Shown here: piece by piece, positions 23,401 through 30,488 of the stretch
Layout: every line of letters begins with the position of its first letter
Numbering within the stretch: the stretch's first letter is position 1
Virus record (IMG/VR): IMGVR_UViG_3300029821_000004
Span: 1 to 61,729 of that record
DNA from: a virus
DNA length: 61,729 bases
Reading direction: 5' to 3' (one strand)
Made by a program: the position numbers and the translations under genes
Notes under the pieces: generated by a model
What the model was told of the DNA's origin: nothing
The model's database searches: none
What the model saw: the letters and a program-made list of their open reading frames with translations, nothing else

Positions 23401-26253
23401 CAATTTGATATTGAGGATTATATGAAAGCCAAACACGCTCCCGAAGTAAACAAAAGACTAACTAGCGCAGAAGTTTATAAATCGGTTCTCACAAATTATC
23501 AGTCAGAGATAACTAAACTCAAAAACGCAAAAGCAGACCTGACCACCGAGCCTGAGATTAAGGCAATGAACGAAGCAATAGAAACCGCTATAAGGTTGTC
23601 TAATTTCTATCAAGCGAAAGAGAATAGGGAATTGGTTGATGGATTGCTTTCTAATGCTTACGACAATAAGTTTAACGGAGAAGAACTGAACCCTATTGAA
23701 GTTGGGGGTGCTGAGTTTAATCTTGCAAAAGATATTCAAAAGAGGTTTGTCTCCCGAATGAAAAAAGTTGAGAAGAGCGAAGATGGAAACATACGCTCAG
23801 GAAAGGGAGATGCAGAAGCTAAAGCAATAGTAGAAGGTTTTGAGGGCAGATTTGAACCAGAAGATATTACAGACCTCTGGGATAAGATAAGAGCAGCTAC
23901 AAGGTTCTCTTTAGATATTTCGTTTAAGTACGGGCTAATCAGTAAAGAGACTTACGAGGCTTCTAAGTCTATGTATGAATACTATGTTCCATTAAGAGGG
24001 TGGGAGGTTACCGAACAAGTAGACTACTCCAACATCTTTGGAAAGGAGTATATGGGGCACGAGATTCTAAACCCTGTAAATAAACAAGCAAAAGGAAGGC
24101 AATCAGAAGCAGACGCACCTCTAGGATATATAGGCTCAATGGCTGAGACTGCTATCATTGCAGGGAATAAAAACGAAGTTCGTAAACAGGCTTGGCGTTT
24201 GGTTATGAATAATGCTGAGATGACAGACCTTTTCCTTATAAAAGATGCTTGGGAAGTAAATATAGGAACACCGGAAGAACCTAGTTGGGAGCAGCAATAT
24301 GAAGTTCCGACTCAGGAATTATTAGAAACCGGTATGGCTCGTAAATTACCTCTAAATAATAAGTACACTTGGCACAAAACTAAAGCTCAGTTAAATATGC
24401 ACCAAGTACCCGTAATGATTGACGGAAAAAGGGTAGTGATTGAATTTAAAGGAAACTTAGGTGCAGAAGTAGCCGGGGCCATAAATGGGGATAAAGTTTT
24501 AAGATGGAGGGGAACTGATAAGATAGGAAACATAACCCGAGTAATGGCTGCCTTAAAAACTTCTAAGAACCCTGACTTTATGCTGACCAACTTTACCAGA
24601 GACTTTTTCTTTGGAAATATGGCTTATTACATTCGTGGAGGAAACCCTATTGCTCTTACCTCAAACTTAGGTAGGGCTTGGAAAGCTATACATTTAGATA
24701 TATCAGGCAAGGAAAATAAAGATCCTTATATGAGAGAAATGCGAGAATCTTTCAAGCAAGAGGGAGCGCAAACCGGATATGCGCATATGCTAGGACAACC
24801 AGACTTTAAAAAGAAGGCTGAGAAACTAATCAAAGAGGCTAACGATGCACAAGGATCTCCTTCTGTTTATGCAAGAAAATCATTCGAAGCAATGAATCAC
24901 GGACTAGATTACTTAGCCGTAATGTCAGAGGATGCTATGAGGTTTGCAATATTCATAACTGAGATTGAACGCTTAATGAAGGAAGCAGGAGTAGATACAC
25001 CAACCGCCTCAATGAAAAAACAAGCTGCCCTTGCTGCAAAAGAACTCACAACGAACTTTAATAAAAAAGGGAATTTTAGTAGTCAAATAGGCACATTCTA
25101 CGCTTTCTTTAACGCATCTGTTCAGGGAACGACTAATTATATCAAATTAGCCAAAGAGAACCCGGCACGATTTATTAAAGCGAACCTATTTATTTTAAGT
25201 TTAAGAGTTGCCCTTCACGCTTTATGTAGTATGCTTGACGGAGATGATGACGACTATGAGGCTTTGTCAGATTTTGTCAAAGAGAACAATCTGGTTATCC
25301 CAATCACAAACGGAGAATATATTACCATACCTCTTCCTCACGGAGCCAGAGCTTTGACTTCGATAGGGAATTATGCAGTAGATGTGATTAATGGAACGAG
25401 AGAGGCAGACGAGGCTATGAGTGATTACATTAAAAACTTAATATCCGAATCTTCTCCAATCAATTTAGTGGGTATGGATAAAAGTAAATTCATTATGCCT
25501 CAAAATATCAAAGAAGGAATCTTAACCGCACTACCGACAGCTTTAAGACCAATAACAGAAGCAGGACTTGGAGTTGACTTTATGGGGAACCCGATAGAGA
25601 GAAAGAACTTTGTAATAACCTTAGAAGGTAAGGTTCCAAGGTTCCAAAACGCTTATCCAAGTACCAATAAACTTTTAGTAGGAGGGACTAAGTTTTTAAA
25701 CAAGGTTTGGGGAGGTACAGATTACCGCTCTTCCGGGAAGCAAATTGAGGATGGAATGGTAGTAGATAGTTGGAAAGGAATCTTTGATATAAGTCCTGCA
25801 TTGACTGAACATATTATTGAAGGTTATCTTGGAGGTTTAGGGAGGTTCTTTAACGACACCTATAAGACTGCTCGTAGTTTAGTTCAAGGCGAGGTTCCGG
25901 CAAAACAAAATATCCCGGTAGTAAGGAGGCTTTACCAAGAGCCTTACCAATCTATGCCTTGGGAGAGATATTATGAAACACGCCAGAGGGTTGATGAGAT
26001 AAATTTCTACAAAACCCAAGCTAAGAAAAACGGGGATGAGAAGTCTTTTAGCGATTTGAATAGTCTTTATAACAACACAATTTCCGATACTTTCGATAAA
26101 TATAGTAAGGTGATTACCCTCTTTAGTAAAGAGATGAAAACCCTTGATAAAAAGAGCCCGGAATATAAAGAAAGGAAAACCGCTATTGATGCTCTGGTTA
26201 ATAAGCTAGATGTAGAAATAAAAAATATTGACAAACGATTTAATAAGAAATAA
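11461..26253 (+). CDS. Giant polyvalent (multi-effector) protein, 4930 aa, probably virion-packaged
   Basis: A single uninterrupted ORF carrying:
- a PPase-like segment, about 15394-15726
- HEWFH zincin at 16834-16848, in an FGFRGGEFGNW...INLTK...SLAHEWFHAFD context
- a duplicated HE(V/I)QHIIQ module, 18121-18935 and 20671-21495
- ETIFHEAVGHMGLRGL zincin at 21739-21756
- an ART-like segment, 22183-22625 (VVYHGT, GSGYYFT, SQIKS..GTFD..DIRF)
- a hydrophobic C-terminal part, about 25095-25240. Confidence 0.9.
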   Translation: MIDNNKRGQLYDNLIGTGRVNQEQIGTKDEFLSAIGDRVKASEFHKNLLTVFDKEEVGDELSFLASIEEDFMPNDPVNKFMAKQPQGVVGAMKTKMGEPRMKDGLPVQESIPLEVDEPDQTDYPTPQSLPEIDNQIEQLSQEDKGFINIYRDVKKKKEGDYQEMAALGREGKSMNLFNVITKPKLSKEEEAFYTENRERGDQMLDREKALYLQKDFLRLKENLEKYDSKDSGLKTFWKGLTQTGLLKDFLSLGQVELQRNLDVMGVFNKAVEEPEKLTKEEERLLTLYKEWDNASKQKTDFWYTAGQSSQIMGEFIANMVGANIAAGGLRAGMRSAFNVATKEFLKGAGKKVIAANIGKKLGEAAIFNVMALPSRTTFYKEFTGKSLEGYGKNQYGEYENTGSIGKDLYESSIRTFMEYFAEEYSTSVSGGYATNLLKSKAGNKLLGNTFEKLSKITDNPAFNQVTKVMNYANIGNVPEEMFEEVLTQAGNGLFLWSKDDIAQLADPDFYKSIAVSVIALQGAITGTQLVAGGVGNKIEKNRINRQATRSINELNTLNVTDESLINQISLLSEDLQKGEFADTEGRIELGPILTKLEDIRNNPQVTSEVLAASTKAVMDNARKYGTYTGIEAMAVESIGEFSHKRTGNVIIAKRGEETFYILDELPQEEGRAIMVARPLEGGESVSINSIEFDDFQVVPKQEFLESWLQGREIIEPAIAEQEQEEAIVQESLQENPVIEPQIGNGYLLAGEPVSVIDISDEGIGVQDREGGMHIVDISELTEIPQLAKQVAEQQVQVQEQPQVPIDEKGVIDYSQITSPELYAQALNDEFGEESITMIDELIAEQQDLLKKAEKGSTIERKRSERIINAEIEKLNQVRGILVPQEAEAPIEKVPINIESEVVEDLPEVEQKPVQEELPEITKKPLSETERRNKLVDDVRAYNKLSSAKKKKFNQVGLLRTTNELGFVFGYDKGGNITIKTKEGKTVTKVADKQSKEQTESHKGLSDYSDEMQQVMLLFLNNPESLVGLSGIGKAQTEQGIKNILAAKKTVAANALLDQLESDIQFGWVTVNDYKTGQKADVEIGEYLLLFVSEIEAINEDATELNDLPDFEAMDALEDMPEDIFGVYEDMPDFEEEIINTQNNEQAREITENQDESQADVPIQMQGEGDIARGEQPDTGIEAGDEARVPQQTRQITPQSIEIEKLQKDREAAIAEKNRLIKNNVDRVGLFGDTKIDPNDLFEGAGFDPTASQPLIDKQTEVIKEIDRKIEVLKKNEAAGIEEAKGQQSIEDKLAEEEAKVNLNPSEGQKEAGNYKKGHITIQGFDLTIENPKGSQRSGVDESGREWSQILNNTYGYILGTTGKDGGHIDVFLGDNLESDRVFVVDQINKDKSFDEHKVMLGFDTIIEAEQAYLSNYEEGWQGLGNITQVPIEDFRKWTESGTRKIKPFAEYKQVKDQPKAEEVQPEQGEVEDAPERSVSSNRVKAVETEEGEIAIVDNSIQPDIDNKAGEIGEEMSEADIKEGEETLSKMQDFGQKIGMARKDTAERGFTLKRGKGEKEAPGWSKKYKIFKQEKGTSYSDWNTIEGKYSVNIVSGNFFKTLQKNFNTEEEAMAAIPMIEVSRNHRVYQSKKEDEYSIYRKWSSGKLWEIKKGFKSREEALMYMAKNAEEIIGYKVGRVERPHLDKIEREGVERRKGNVTPEQFMETFGFRGGEFGNWVAADERQSMLNFAFDALLDMADIIGVSPRALSLGGRLAIGFGSRGQGLSGAAAHFEPERGVINLTKISGAGSLAHEWFHAFDSYFGVVGRKGFIPNQEGVMPEPSRERDYLSGDYNSNPYVRKEVKDAWRQVWETMRYKKELSEYDMTRLQRQYDSAINSLNSSLKTARAWMERDRTYGLRKKAATPEQLAKWDSLAEKANKFEFGKVQPKKTKKKYSFENEYQLQRELQDLYKEVTGRESGQLEYGEFRNIELNRELIQKAEKDKTFEARKNTTFYNGSKDMDASRVSSYWGTNLEMAARAFEAYVDDRIKEAGARNDYLVHSVNNYIYEVLYDAKPYPEGEERQNINKAFDNLFKVLEEKIDEEGNTLLYRTSDNTDLTDFKRAQFNIIQATNPMLDDYHTGIRSVEDIYTFEEAYRKDIDTDNFMLSPDYKQKDVEDALESGSITIYSSKPIQNGVFVTPSKMEAEAYSANGKTYSKIVALSDVAWINNYEGQYAKQDTNLYRTIGERGVSNQSEEAIIRLDNLKVAREMETQNKSQKQIKLATGWERGKDTKWRYEVEDDITIKKIPTLEFPPKFHKFDEIFESKTLFKQYPQIKDIKVVFIDKPNGGFGSFTPIADILELNINEGLLQRLLRGLRRSTTRVETSENRGNDQSRNDYADVLGQSLVHEVQHIIQMYEGFTQGSRTEDIQALYPELVVERLKANESMGEPTDDEGVFGSSGTRAARDIYYKTAGEVEARNVARRLDMPLQERLSTLLSETEDVSREDQIILGEQLSSGLLLRTPYFYSPTEQALNSIKQEKATPEQWRAMLLKNGAKQAEMDWMGFDEFSQDRKSLTKADIQEWIDQNKIEIEEVEKRQESGSITNELTDNAKEELERLQEIEQRWLSIESAQVNGYELTKKDQERLTEYENEFEDISEVSDKINDLQNDANNYKLDENGDTKYSQYQLPGGTNYKELLLTMPSKLEKEKRRQENANEFINIEEGKYQDDFHSGHWDEPNILAHIRFNEREVNGERILFLEEIQSDWAQKGKKDGFVNDRDKSIYNFAKSIYNIKIAALRKQISQEEAERKLLSEKVLSESQGITEQEINQFLYKYGDFTMPYAAAVPDMPFKNTDQWVNLALRRMMIFAAENGFDRIAWTTGDIQAERYDLSKQAKRIQFFKQKDGTYRGIAYDKDDDVAMNFNGDANKLETIIGKEATQKIVEKAEETGRQYYLNNQDLKVGGQGMKAFYDQILPAQANKIGKKFNAKVESVEIPASEVAFNENKELDPADFTPKAQEYTSRYEESIEENGDYSAEDYIDDMAKEGFIVEMDFNSGEPISVMKASKGNTTPVQSIPITQGIREQAQIGMPLFSILGEKGAKALDIANNSEVILNNLAIAKQFTKDGKDAKTIRLATGWEMGNDKKWRYEIPDDIKIKQLPIVEGNIPKFTTFGEIIESKSLLTAYPELKDVQVIVENVPSKNSFGSYTELTNTLSINASKEVYRLWLQGLNLGTTRNGGATTTTTNKGGIDYETFLGQSVVHEIQHIIQSYEGFTRGSSTEYILSSYPEPILQGDVDSGGLANAEERKAARRASATEIYKKLSGEVEARNAVERMNYSVEERRQTLLSETEDVAREDQILLESAILGTANSEIQNTSVFNLAEEANRLASNLGVKVTIKLDASDMPPMRIALRKTKGWFDPKTKEIVIILSNHDSLKDIQETIFHEAVGHMGLRGLLGAKFNPVMNQVFESMPRDARATFLAKYGNKALAAEEYLATLAEQDINPTLLQKIISIVRDAFRAIGIDLRFNDSDMLFMLWRSKNRLKRNPTIVDTIKDFNRVKEVKERLREGVIPETISIIGVQKPTRNSEGKYIHPTEEGIRNFYKWFGDSKVVDNEGRPLVVYHGTNSEFNEFKNKKDVGLYGSGYYFTQYKETANQYGNIKEYYLASEKPIIITPQKTPSILYKLINASGKYDYGYTGVIVKDNQKGLESITVFSPSQIKSINNQGTFDGDNNDIRFRESSGLGLINNTDWQDQVWEQNKDLIEVENLGIFQRNQETENIPENYSSQHFTYEPGLRDIYANPKAYNEVDALYKKQGYLDEGYVENYYNPEDFQLKAGYVAAIQASETGNPKQVGGSADDTYAITFIGEKIADVYDGEIVRPIRQLEVWQKQGSSYTKLLDNSLRFRDDDNAILDTNDIQLTASQKFIQAMQDRMMSGRILIDEIQKRGGKVGQMSNFVTEETRSSSRGKYEIDNFLDNYFKPLTNKVKDLMNKGGVSQFDIEDYMKAKHAPEVNKRLTSAEVYKSVLTNYQSEITKLKNAKADLTTEPEIKAMNEAIETAIRLSNFYQAKENRELVDGLLSNAYDNKFNGEELNPIEVGGAEFNLAKDIQKRFVSRMKKVEKSEDGNIRSGKGDAEAKAIVEGFEGRFEPEDITDLWDKIRAATRFSLDISFKYGLISKETYEASKSMYEYYVPLRGWEVTEQVDYSNIFGKEYMGHEILNPVNKQAKGRQSEADAPLGYIGSMAETAIIAGNKNEVRKQAWRLVMNNAEMTDLFLIKDAWEVNIGTPEEPSWEQQYEVPTQELLETGMARKLPLNNKYTWHKTKAQLNMHQVPVMIDGKRVVIEFKGNLGAEVAGAINGDKVLRWRGTDKIGNITRVMAALKTSKNPDFMLTNFTRDFFFGNMAYYIRGGNPIALTSNLGRAWKAIHLDISGKENKDPYMREMRESFKQEGAQTGYAHMLGQPDFKKKAEKLIKEANDAQGSPSVYARKSFEAMNHGLDYLAVMSEDAMRFAIFITEIERLMKEAGVDTPTASMKKQAALAAKELTTNFNKKGNFSSQIGTFYAFFNASVQGTTNYIKLAKENPARFIKANLFILSLRVALHALCSMLDGDDDDYEALSDFVKENNLVIPITNGEYITIPLPHGARALTSIGNYAVDVINGTREADEAMSDYIKNLISESSPINLVGMDKSKFIMPQNIKEGILTALPTALRPITEAGLGVDFMGNPIERKNFVITLEGKVPRFQNAYPSTNKLLVGGTKFLNKVWGGTDYRSSGKQIEDGMVVDSWKGIFDISPALTEHIIEGYLGGLGRFFNDTYKTARSLVQGEVPAKQNIPVVRRLYQEPYQSMPWERYYETRQRVDEINFYKTQAKKNGDEKSFSDLNSLYNNTISDTFDKYSKVITLFSKEMKTLDKKSPEYKERKTAIDALVNKLDVEIKNIDKRFNKK

Positions 26254-26254
26254 G

Positions 26255-28159
26255 ATGAAGCGAGTAACGAAAGAAGAGCTTGGGAAGTACAAAAAACTAG
26301 GGTACACTCCCAAAAAGCAATCGCAAGAGATAACCTCTTACCCTCAGGGGGAGAAGTATTACAATATTTTAAATCAGGCGGAATATTGTTTTAACTCTAT
26401 GTACGATATTCGCAAGAGAGCCAGAAGGAATATGGACTTTTACCGGGGGCGTCAATGGGGAGATATTGTTGAGGTGAATGGAGTAAGGATGACCGAAGAA
26501 GAATATATCCAAGCCCAGGGTAAACCGGCACTAAAGCAGAATCTTATCAGGCCACCTTTAAGGAACCTTTTAGGGCAATTCAGAAGCAACCCTTTTAAGT
26601 CAGTAGTCAACTCAGCCAACAAAGACGACCAATCGGCAGCAGAGATGATGACAGTCGCCCTAGAGAGTGCAAATGAAATGAACAACAGTAAAGCAAGACA
26701 CGCAAGGATGTTGGAATATTTCTTACTTACCGGGGGAGTAATAGCTGAGACTTGTTATAAGTTTGACGACAAAAGAATGAGGGCTATTCCTAAATTCAAA
26801 ATGGTTTCTTTAGAGAGGTTTTTTGTTGACCAAAATATTGAAGATACCGAAGGGGAGGATATTAGGATTATAGGCGAGATTTCAGATATACCTATGATTG
26901 ACCTTGTGGCTGCTTACGCTAAGAACGAACAACAGCAAGAACAACTACAAAGGATATACGCAGGGGTAAGAGAAGATCAGAACGACAGAGGGAAAACATT
27001 TGATGAGTATTATTATCAGTCCCTTGCTTTTAAAATTCCATCCACAACCGGACTTTGCAGGGTGATTAAAGTTTGTGTTAAGGAAGCAAGGTTTATGCTC
27101 TTAGCACACGACTACGCAGATGCTTCCTATGAAGCCTATGAAATGAAAGATAAGGCTCTTTTAGATGCCGAAAATGAAGCCAGAAAAGCCCTCTCTTTAG
27201 AATATGGTACTGAGGTTCCTCTTATTGAATATAAGAAACAATTTATCACTAAATGGAGGTACTACCACTTATCCCCTCTGGGGCATTGTTTATGGGAAGG
27301 GGAGAATCCTTATTTACATAACTCACATCCGTATGTATTCAAGTTTTACCCAATGATAAACGGGGCAGTATGGAGTTTTGTAGAGGATCTTATTGACCAA
27401 CAGAAAATGATTAATCGTATGTTTATCCTTTGGGACTTTATGAACTCTGCAGCAGCTAAGGGGGTTTTATTATTCCCGGAAGAATTAAAGCCGGATGACT
27501 TGTCTTGGGAAGATATAGCTGACGAGTGGACTAGGTATAATGGACTAGTAAGGATAAAAGCTAAAGCCGGAATTGAATTACCTAAGCAAATCGTAAATAG
27601 TACCCTCAATTCAGGCGTTACTGAAATGATTAACGCCCAAATGAAACTTATGCAAGACATAGGAGGGGTTACAGATGCTAATCAAGGCAAAAACTTCCCT
27701 TCCGGCACTCCTGCTTCCTTAGTTCATCAATTAGCCTCAAATGGTGCTTTAAACACCTTGGACTACTTAGAGACTTTCTCAGAGTTTATTCAACAGATAG
27801 ACTTTAAGATTATCCAACTTATCAAACAATTCTACAAAGACAAGAGGTATCAAGACTTGGGAGGAAGAAACACCTCTCCACAAGCTAAGGTTTATAACCC
27901 GGATATTATCCGAAACATTGACTTCACCAACACAATAAGCAAAGGAAATGATACTCCTGCTTATCGTATGGTTATTGACGATATGCTTTGGAATATGCTA
28001 CAAGCACAATTCATAGACCTTAAAATGTTCTTGGAACACTCCTCAATGCCTTTCTCAGATAAACTTCTTTCATCATTAAAGAGCGCACAAGAGCAGATGC
28101 AAGAGATACAAGGCGCACAAGTATCACAAATACCACAAGAAACTCCTCAACAAGTATAA
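26255..28159 (+). CDS. Portal protein (putative)
   Basis: ORF track 26228..28159, with the ATG at 26255 just after the giant-ORF stop preferred. Supporting points are the size of about 634 aa, the NMDFYRGRQW motif near the N-terminus, and its position in the virion operon. Confidence 0.6.
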   Translation: MKRVTKEELGKYKKLGYTPKKQSQEITSYPQGEKYYNILNQAEYCFNSMYDIRKRARRNMDFYRGRQWGDIVEVNGVRMTEEEYIQAQGKPALKQNLIRPPLRNLLGQFRSNPFKSVVNSANKDDQSAAEMMTVALESANEMNNSKARHARMLEYFLLTGGVIAETCYKFDDKRMRAIPKFKMVSLERFFVDQNIEDTEGEDIRIIGEISDIPMIDLVAAYAKNEQQQEQLQRIYAGVREDQNDRGKTFDEYYYQSLAFKIPSTTGLCRVIKVCVKEARFMLLAHDYADASYEAYEMKDKALLDAENEARKALSLEYGTEVPLIEYKKQFITKWRYYHLSPLGHCLWEGENPYLHNSHPYVFKFYPMINGAVWSFVEDLIDQQKMINRMFILWDFMNSAAAKGVLLFPEELKPDDLSWEDIADEWTRYNGLVRIKAKAGIELPKQIVNSTLNSGVTEMINAQMKLMQDIGGVTDANQGKNFPSGTPASLVHQLASNGALNTLDYLETFSEFIQQIDFKIIQLIKQFYKDKRYQDLGGRNTSPQAKVYNPDIIRNIDFTNTISKGNDTPAYRMVIDDMLWNMLQAQFIDLKMFLEHSSMPFSDKLLSSLKSAQEQMQEIQGAQVSQIPQETPQQV

Positions 28160-28162
28160 GTT

Positions 28163-28648
28163 ATGATAGATATTTCAAACACCGCAACGACAAAGAGGTG
28201 GGACATAAGAGTCTCCAGAGCAGATTTATTCAAGATAGTATCTCTGCAAACCTCTTATATAAATAATAGATTGCCCGTAAGAGATGATTTAAGGGTATTA
28301 TCTGAAGACGACACTGCTATTTATAATACTTACCTTTTAAACGCAGTAGCTGACCTAAATGTTATGTTGGCTAGGTATTATCAAAGGGAATTTGACGAGG
28401 GAGAAATGGACTCAGACTACATTTACTTAGACCTCTCACTCAGTCTGAACGCAAAAGACTCTATTGCCTTCTCTTTAGGAAAATACATAGAGCAGTATCT
28501 TGAAAAATCTATTTTAAAAGAGTGGTACGGAGCCGACTCTTACGCCTTGGGGATTGATAATTTACTTGCTCAGTACGAAGCGAGGATAAAAACCACCCTA
28601 AATTACAGAAAAACGCCCACAAGATTAAATATTAACCCTTTATTTTAA
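28163..28648 (+). CDS. Hypothetical protein (head-tail connector position)
   Basis: 161-aa ORF 4 nt after the portal candidate. Confidence 0.5.
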   Translation: MIDISNTATTKRWDIRVSRADLFKIVSLQTSYINNRLPVRDDLRVLSEDDTAIYNTYLLNAVADLNVMLARYYQREFDEGEMDSDYIYLDLSLSLNAKDSIAFSLGKYIEQYLEKSILKEWYGADSYALGIDNLLAQYEARIKTTLNYRKTPTRLNINPLF

Positions 28649-28654
28649 ATTATT

Positions 28655-29131
28655 ATGTACAATAAATCATCAGTAAGCGTAGGGTTTATATACACATCAG
28701 ACGAGATATTTGATGCGACCTCTTTAATGAGTACCTATATGACCAAAGATATAAAAACAAAGGAAGGGCAAAGTCTTTTTGAGGAGCTTTCTCTCTCCCC
28801 TGACGAAAGAAATATCTTTGAGGAGAACTTTAAAACCATCAGGAGCCAACTCTATGAGCTTCTCCAAACCCATTTAGGGAGCGAATTGATAAGTTTAGCT
28901 TACACAACTACTTTGAACATAGTAATAAAAGCAAACTCCAATTATACCGACAATAACCTTATCTTAATTAACGAAGGGTTGAAGGAAACTATAATTGAAG
29001 GCTGCCTTTCCGAGTGGTTTAAGACTTGCGGATATGAACCCTTATATAAACTAAGTGCCGAGAAATACTTGTTACTTGGAGTTCAGTTAAGAAATAGGTT
29101 GTTCCTGCTTAAAAAGAAGAGGGCTATTTAG
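28655..29131 (+). CDS. Hypothetical protein (head-tail connector position)
   Basis: 158-aa ORF, last in the plus operon. Confidence 0.5.
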   Translation: MYNKSSVSVGFIYTSDEIFDATSLMSTYMTKDIKTKEGQSLFEELSLSPDERNIFEENFKTIRSQLYELLQTHLGSELISLAYTTTLNIVIKANSNYTDNNLILINEGLKETIIEGCLSEWFKTCGYEPLYKLSAEKYLLLGVQLRNRLFLLKKKRAI

Positions 29132-29297
29132 TTATTCCGAACATATCTTTGAGGTGATCTACCATATTATCAACCTCCTCAACTTTATGGAAAATTATTT
29201 TATCCTTGACCGCTTTCTTTGCAGCTTCGGAAGAGATTGCATTAACCTCTGTTTTCATTTTCTTTCCGAAGATTTCAAAATAAACTTTGTATTTCAT
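29124..29297 (-). CDS. Hypothetical 57-aa protein (not in ORF track)
   Basis: ATG at 29297 to TAG at 29124, reading MKYKVYFEIFGKKMKTEVNAISSEAAKKAVKDKIIFHKVEEV... It fills the otherwise empty end of the minus-strand terminase operon. Confidence 0.45.
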   Translation of the reverse strand: MKYKVYFEIFGKKMKTEVNAISSEAAKKAVKDKIIFHKVEEVDNMVDHLKDMFGITK

Positions 29298-29307
29298 AAT
29301 AAAGTAT

Positions 29308-29565
29308 TTAAAGAATCAAGTCCCTAAAGTGGGTGATTTCAGTTAGTGCAGTATCTGACCAATCTGTCTGACAATAAAAAGTGTTCCATATAGGATCTGT
29401 TTCGTAGATATTCCTACCAATATAACCATAGGCAATATCACCATCAATACTTTTGCATAAATACTGTTTTTCAGTATGTGGCGAACTATCCCCTTCATAT
29501 TGGGGTGCAAGAATATCATCGGTTACGGGAGTCCATTCTGTGTATATTTTATCTTTTGTGTGCAT
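29308..29565 (-). CDS. Hypothetical protein
   Basis: 85-aa ORF in an operon array. Confidence 0.5.
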   Translation of the reverse strand: MHTKDKIYTEWTPVTDDILAPQYEGDSSPHTEKQYLCKSIDGDIAYGYIGRNIYETDPIWNTFYCQTDWSDTALTEITHFRDLIL

Positions 29566-29575
29566 AATTTACTTT

Positions 29576-29866
29576 TTAAAAATTACCCTTAGCAAGTTTT
29601 AACGCATCTCTTAATGTGGGATGGCGAACATAATGGATCTCATATCCAAGAATCATAAGATTAGATCCCCGAAACTTTTTTATTTTCTGGTTTTTCTTTA
29701 TGTATTTCTGAATTTCTTCAATACCAAATTGCTGTATTAATGGCTCAGGAATTAACCACACACCTTTTCTTCCATTTAATGAATACTTGCACAAAACAAT
29801 TAATATCCTTATCCATTTACTTTTCTTTGCAGGAAACAACCCTACGCTTTTAAATATGTTTTTCAT
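29576..29866 (-). CDS. Hypothetical protein
   Basis: 96-aa basic ORF in an operon array. Confidence 0.45.
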   Translation of the reverse strand: MKNIFKSVGLFPAKKSKWIRILIVLCKYSLNGRKGVWLIPEPLIQQFGIEEIQKYIKKNQKIKKFRGSNLMILGYEIHYVRHPTLRDALKLAKGNF

Positions 29867-29887
29867 ACCATTTATTTATTATATAGC

Positions 29888-30103
29888 TTATCTTCTGTTT
29901 TCACGATGGTTTTTTATTAAGGTTTGGATTATACCCTCTTTATTATATATCTCAGTCCTTAAATCGGCTATAATTCTTTCTTGCCTCTTAATTTCTGCTC
30001 TGTACTCATCAAGCACACTCGCTTGTGTCTTGTTTGCTACCTCTTTTAGTCGCAGCTTCTCCCTATACCCGTGTGTTAGGAGCTTTAAATTTTGCGCTTT
30101 CAT
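29888..30103 (-). CDS. Hypothetical coiled-coil protein
   Basis: 71 aa, charged and heptad-like. Confidence 0.45.
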   Translation of the reverse strand: MKAQNLKLLTHGYREKLRLKEVANKTQASVLDEYRAEIKRQERIIADLRTEIYNKEGIIQTLIKNHRENRR

Positions 30104-30106
30104 ATT

Positions 30107-30463
30107 TTACTTTTTAAAAATCTTCCTCCAAAAAGGTTTTTTAGCTTCCGCAAGTTCGAGATTAAGTCTATCTATTGTCTTAGCATAATTATCTCGTTTA
30201 TGTTGATTAACGATTAGTTGATGCTGAAATGAGTCAATAATCTTCCTCGCTTCCATTAGTTCATTCTGTTGTTTGCGGTAATCAACTCTTTGTTCATCTA
30301 TCATAGATTTCAAGGCTTGCTCTTTCTCTCGATATTGCGCTTCTATCTCTAACCTAATATTGGCTCTGTCTGTTCTGACAGATGTTACTTCCGCCTTTAA
30401 ACGCTCATATTTCTCAGCGTATTTCTGCTTTGTTATTATTCTTTTTTCATATGATTCTTCCAT
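30107..30463 (-). CDS. Hypothetical coiled-coil protein
   Basis: 118 aa, K/E/R-rich helical sequence directly after the terminase. Confidence 0.5.
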   Translation of the reverse strand: MEESYEKRIITKQKYAEKYERLKAEVTSVRTDRANIRLEIEAQYREKEQALKSMIDEQRVDYRKQQNELMEARKIIDSFQHQLIVNQHKRDNYAKTIDRLNLELAEAKKPFWRKIFKK

Positions 30464-30488
30464 ATATGTATTTATTAGTTGTTATCCC

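Noticed and set aside
12036-24590. Numerous 60-135-aa ORFs on the opposite strand or in other frames inside the giant gene (e.g. 12036..12371, 19855..20259, 21804..22184)
   Set aside because: They are low-complexity, Ser/Leu/Phe-rich shadow ORFs fully embedded in a clearly coding frame. They have no start/stop coupling and no recognisable motif.
11461-26253. Giant ORF as an N4- or crAss-type virion RNA polymerase
   Set aside because: I found no DxDGD-type catalytic motif, and LDGDDDDY near 25240 does not fit it. The recognisable modules are zincins, an ART-like domain and a PPase-like domain, so the polyvalent-effector reading is better supported.
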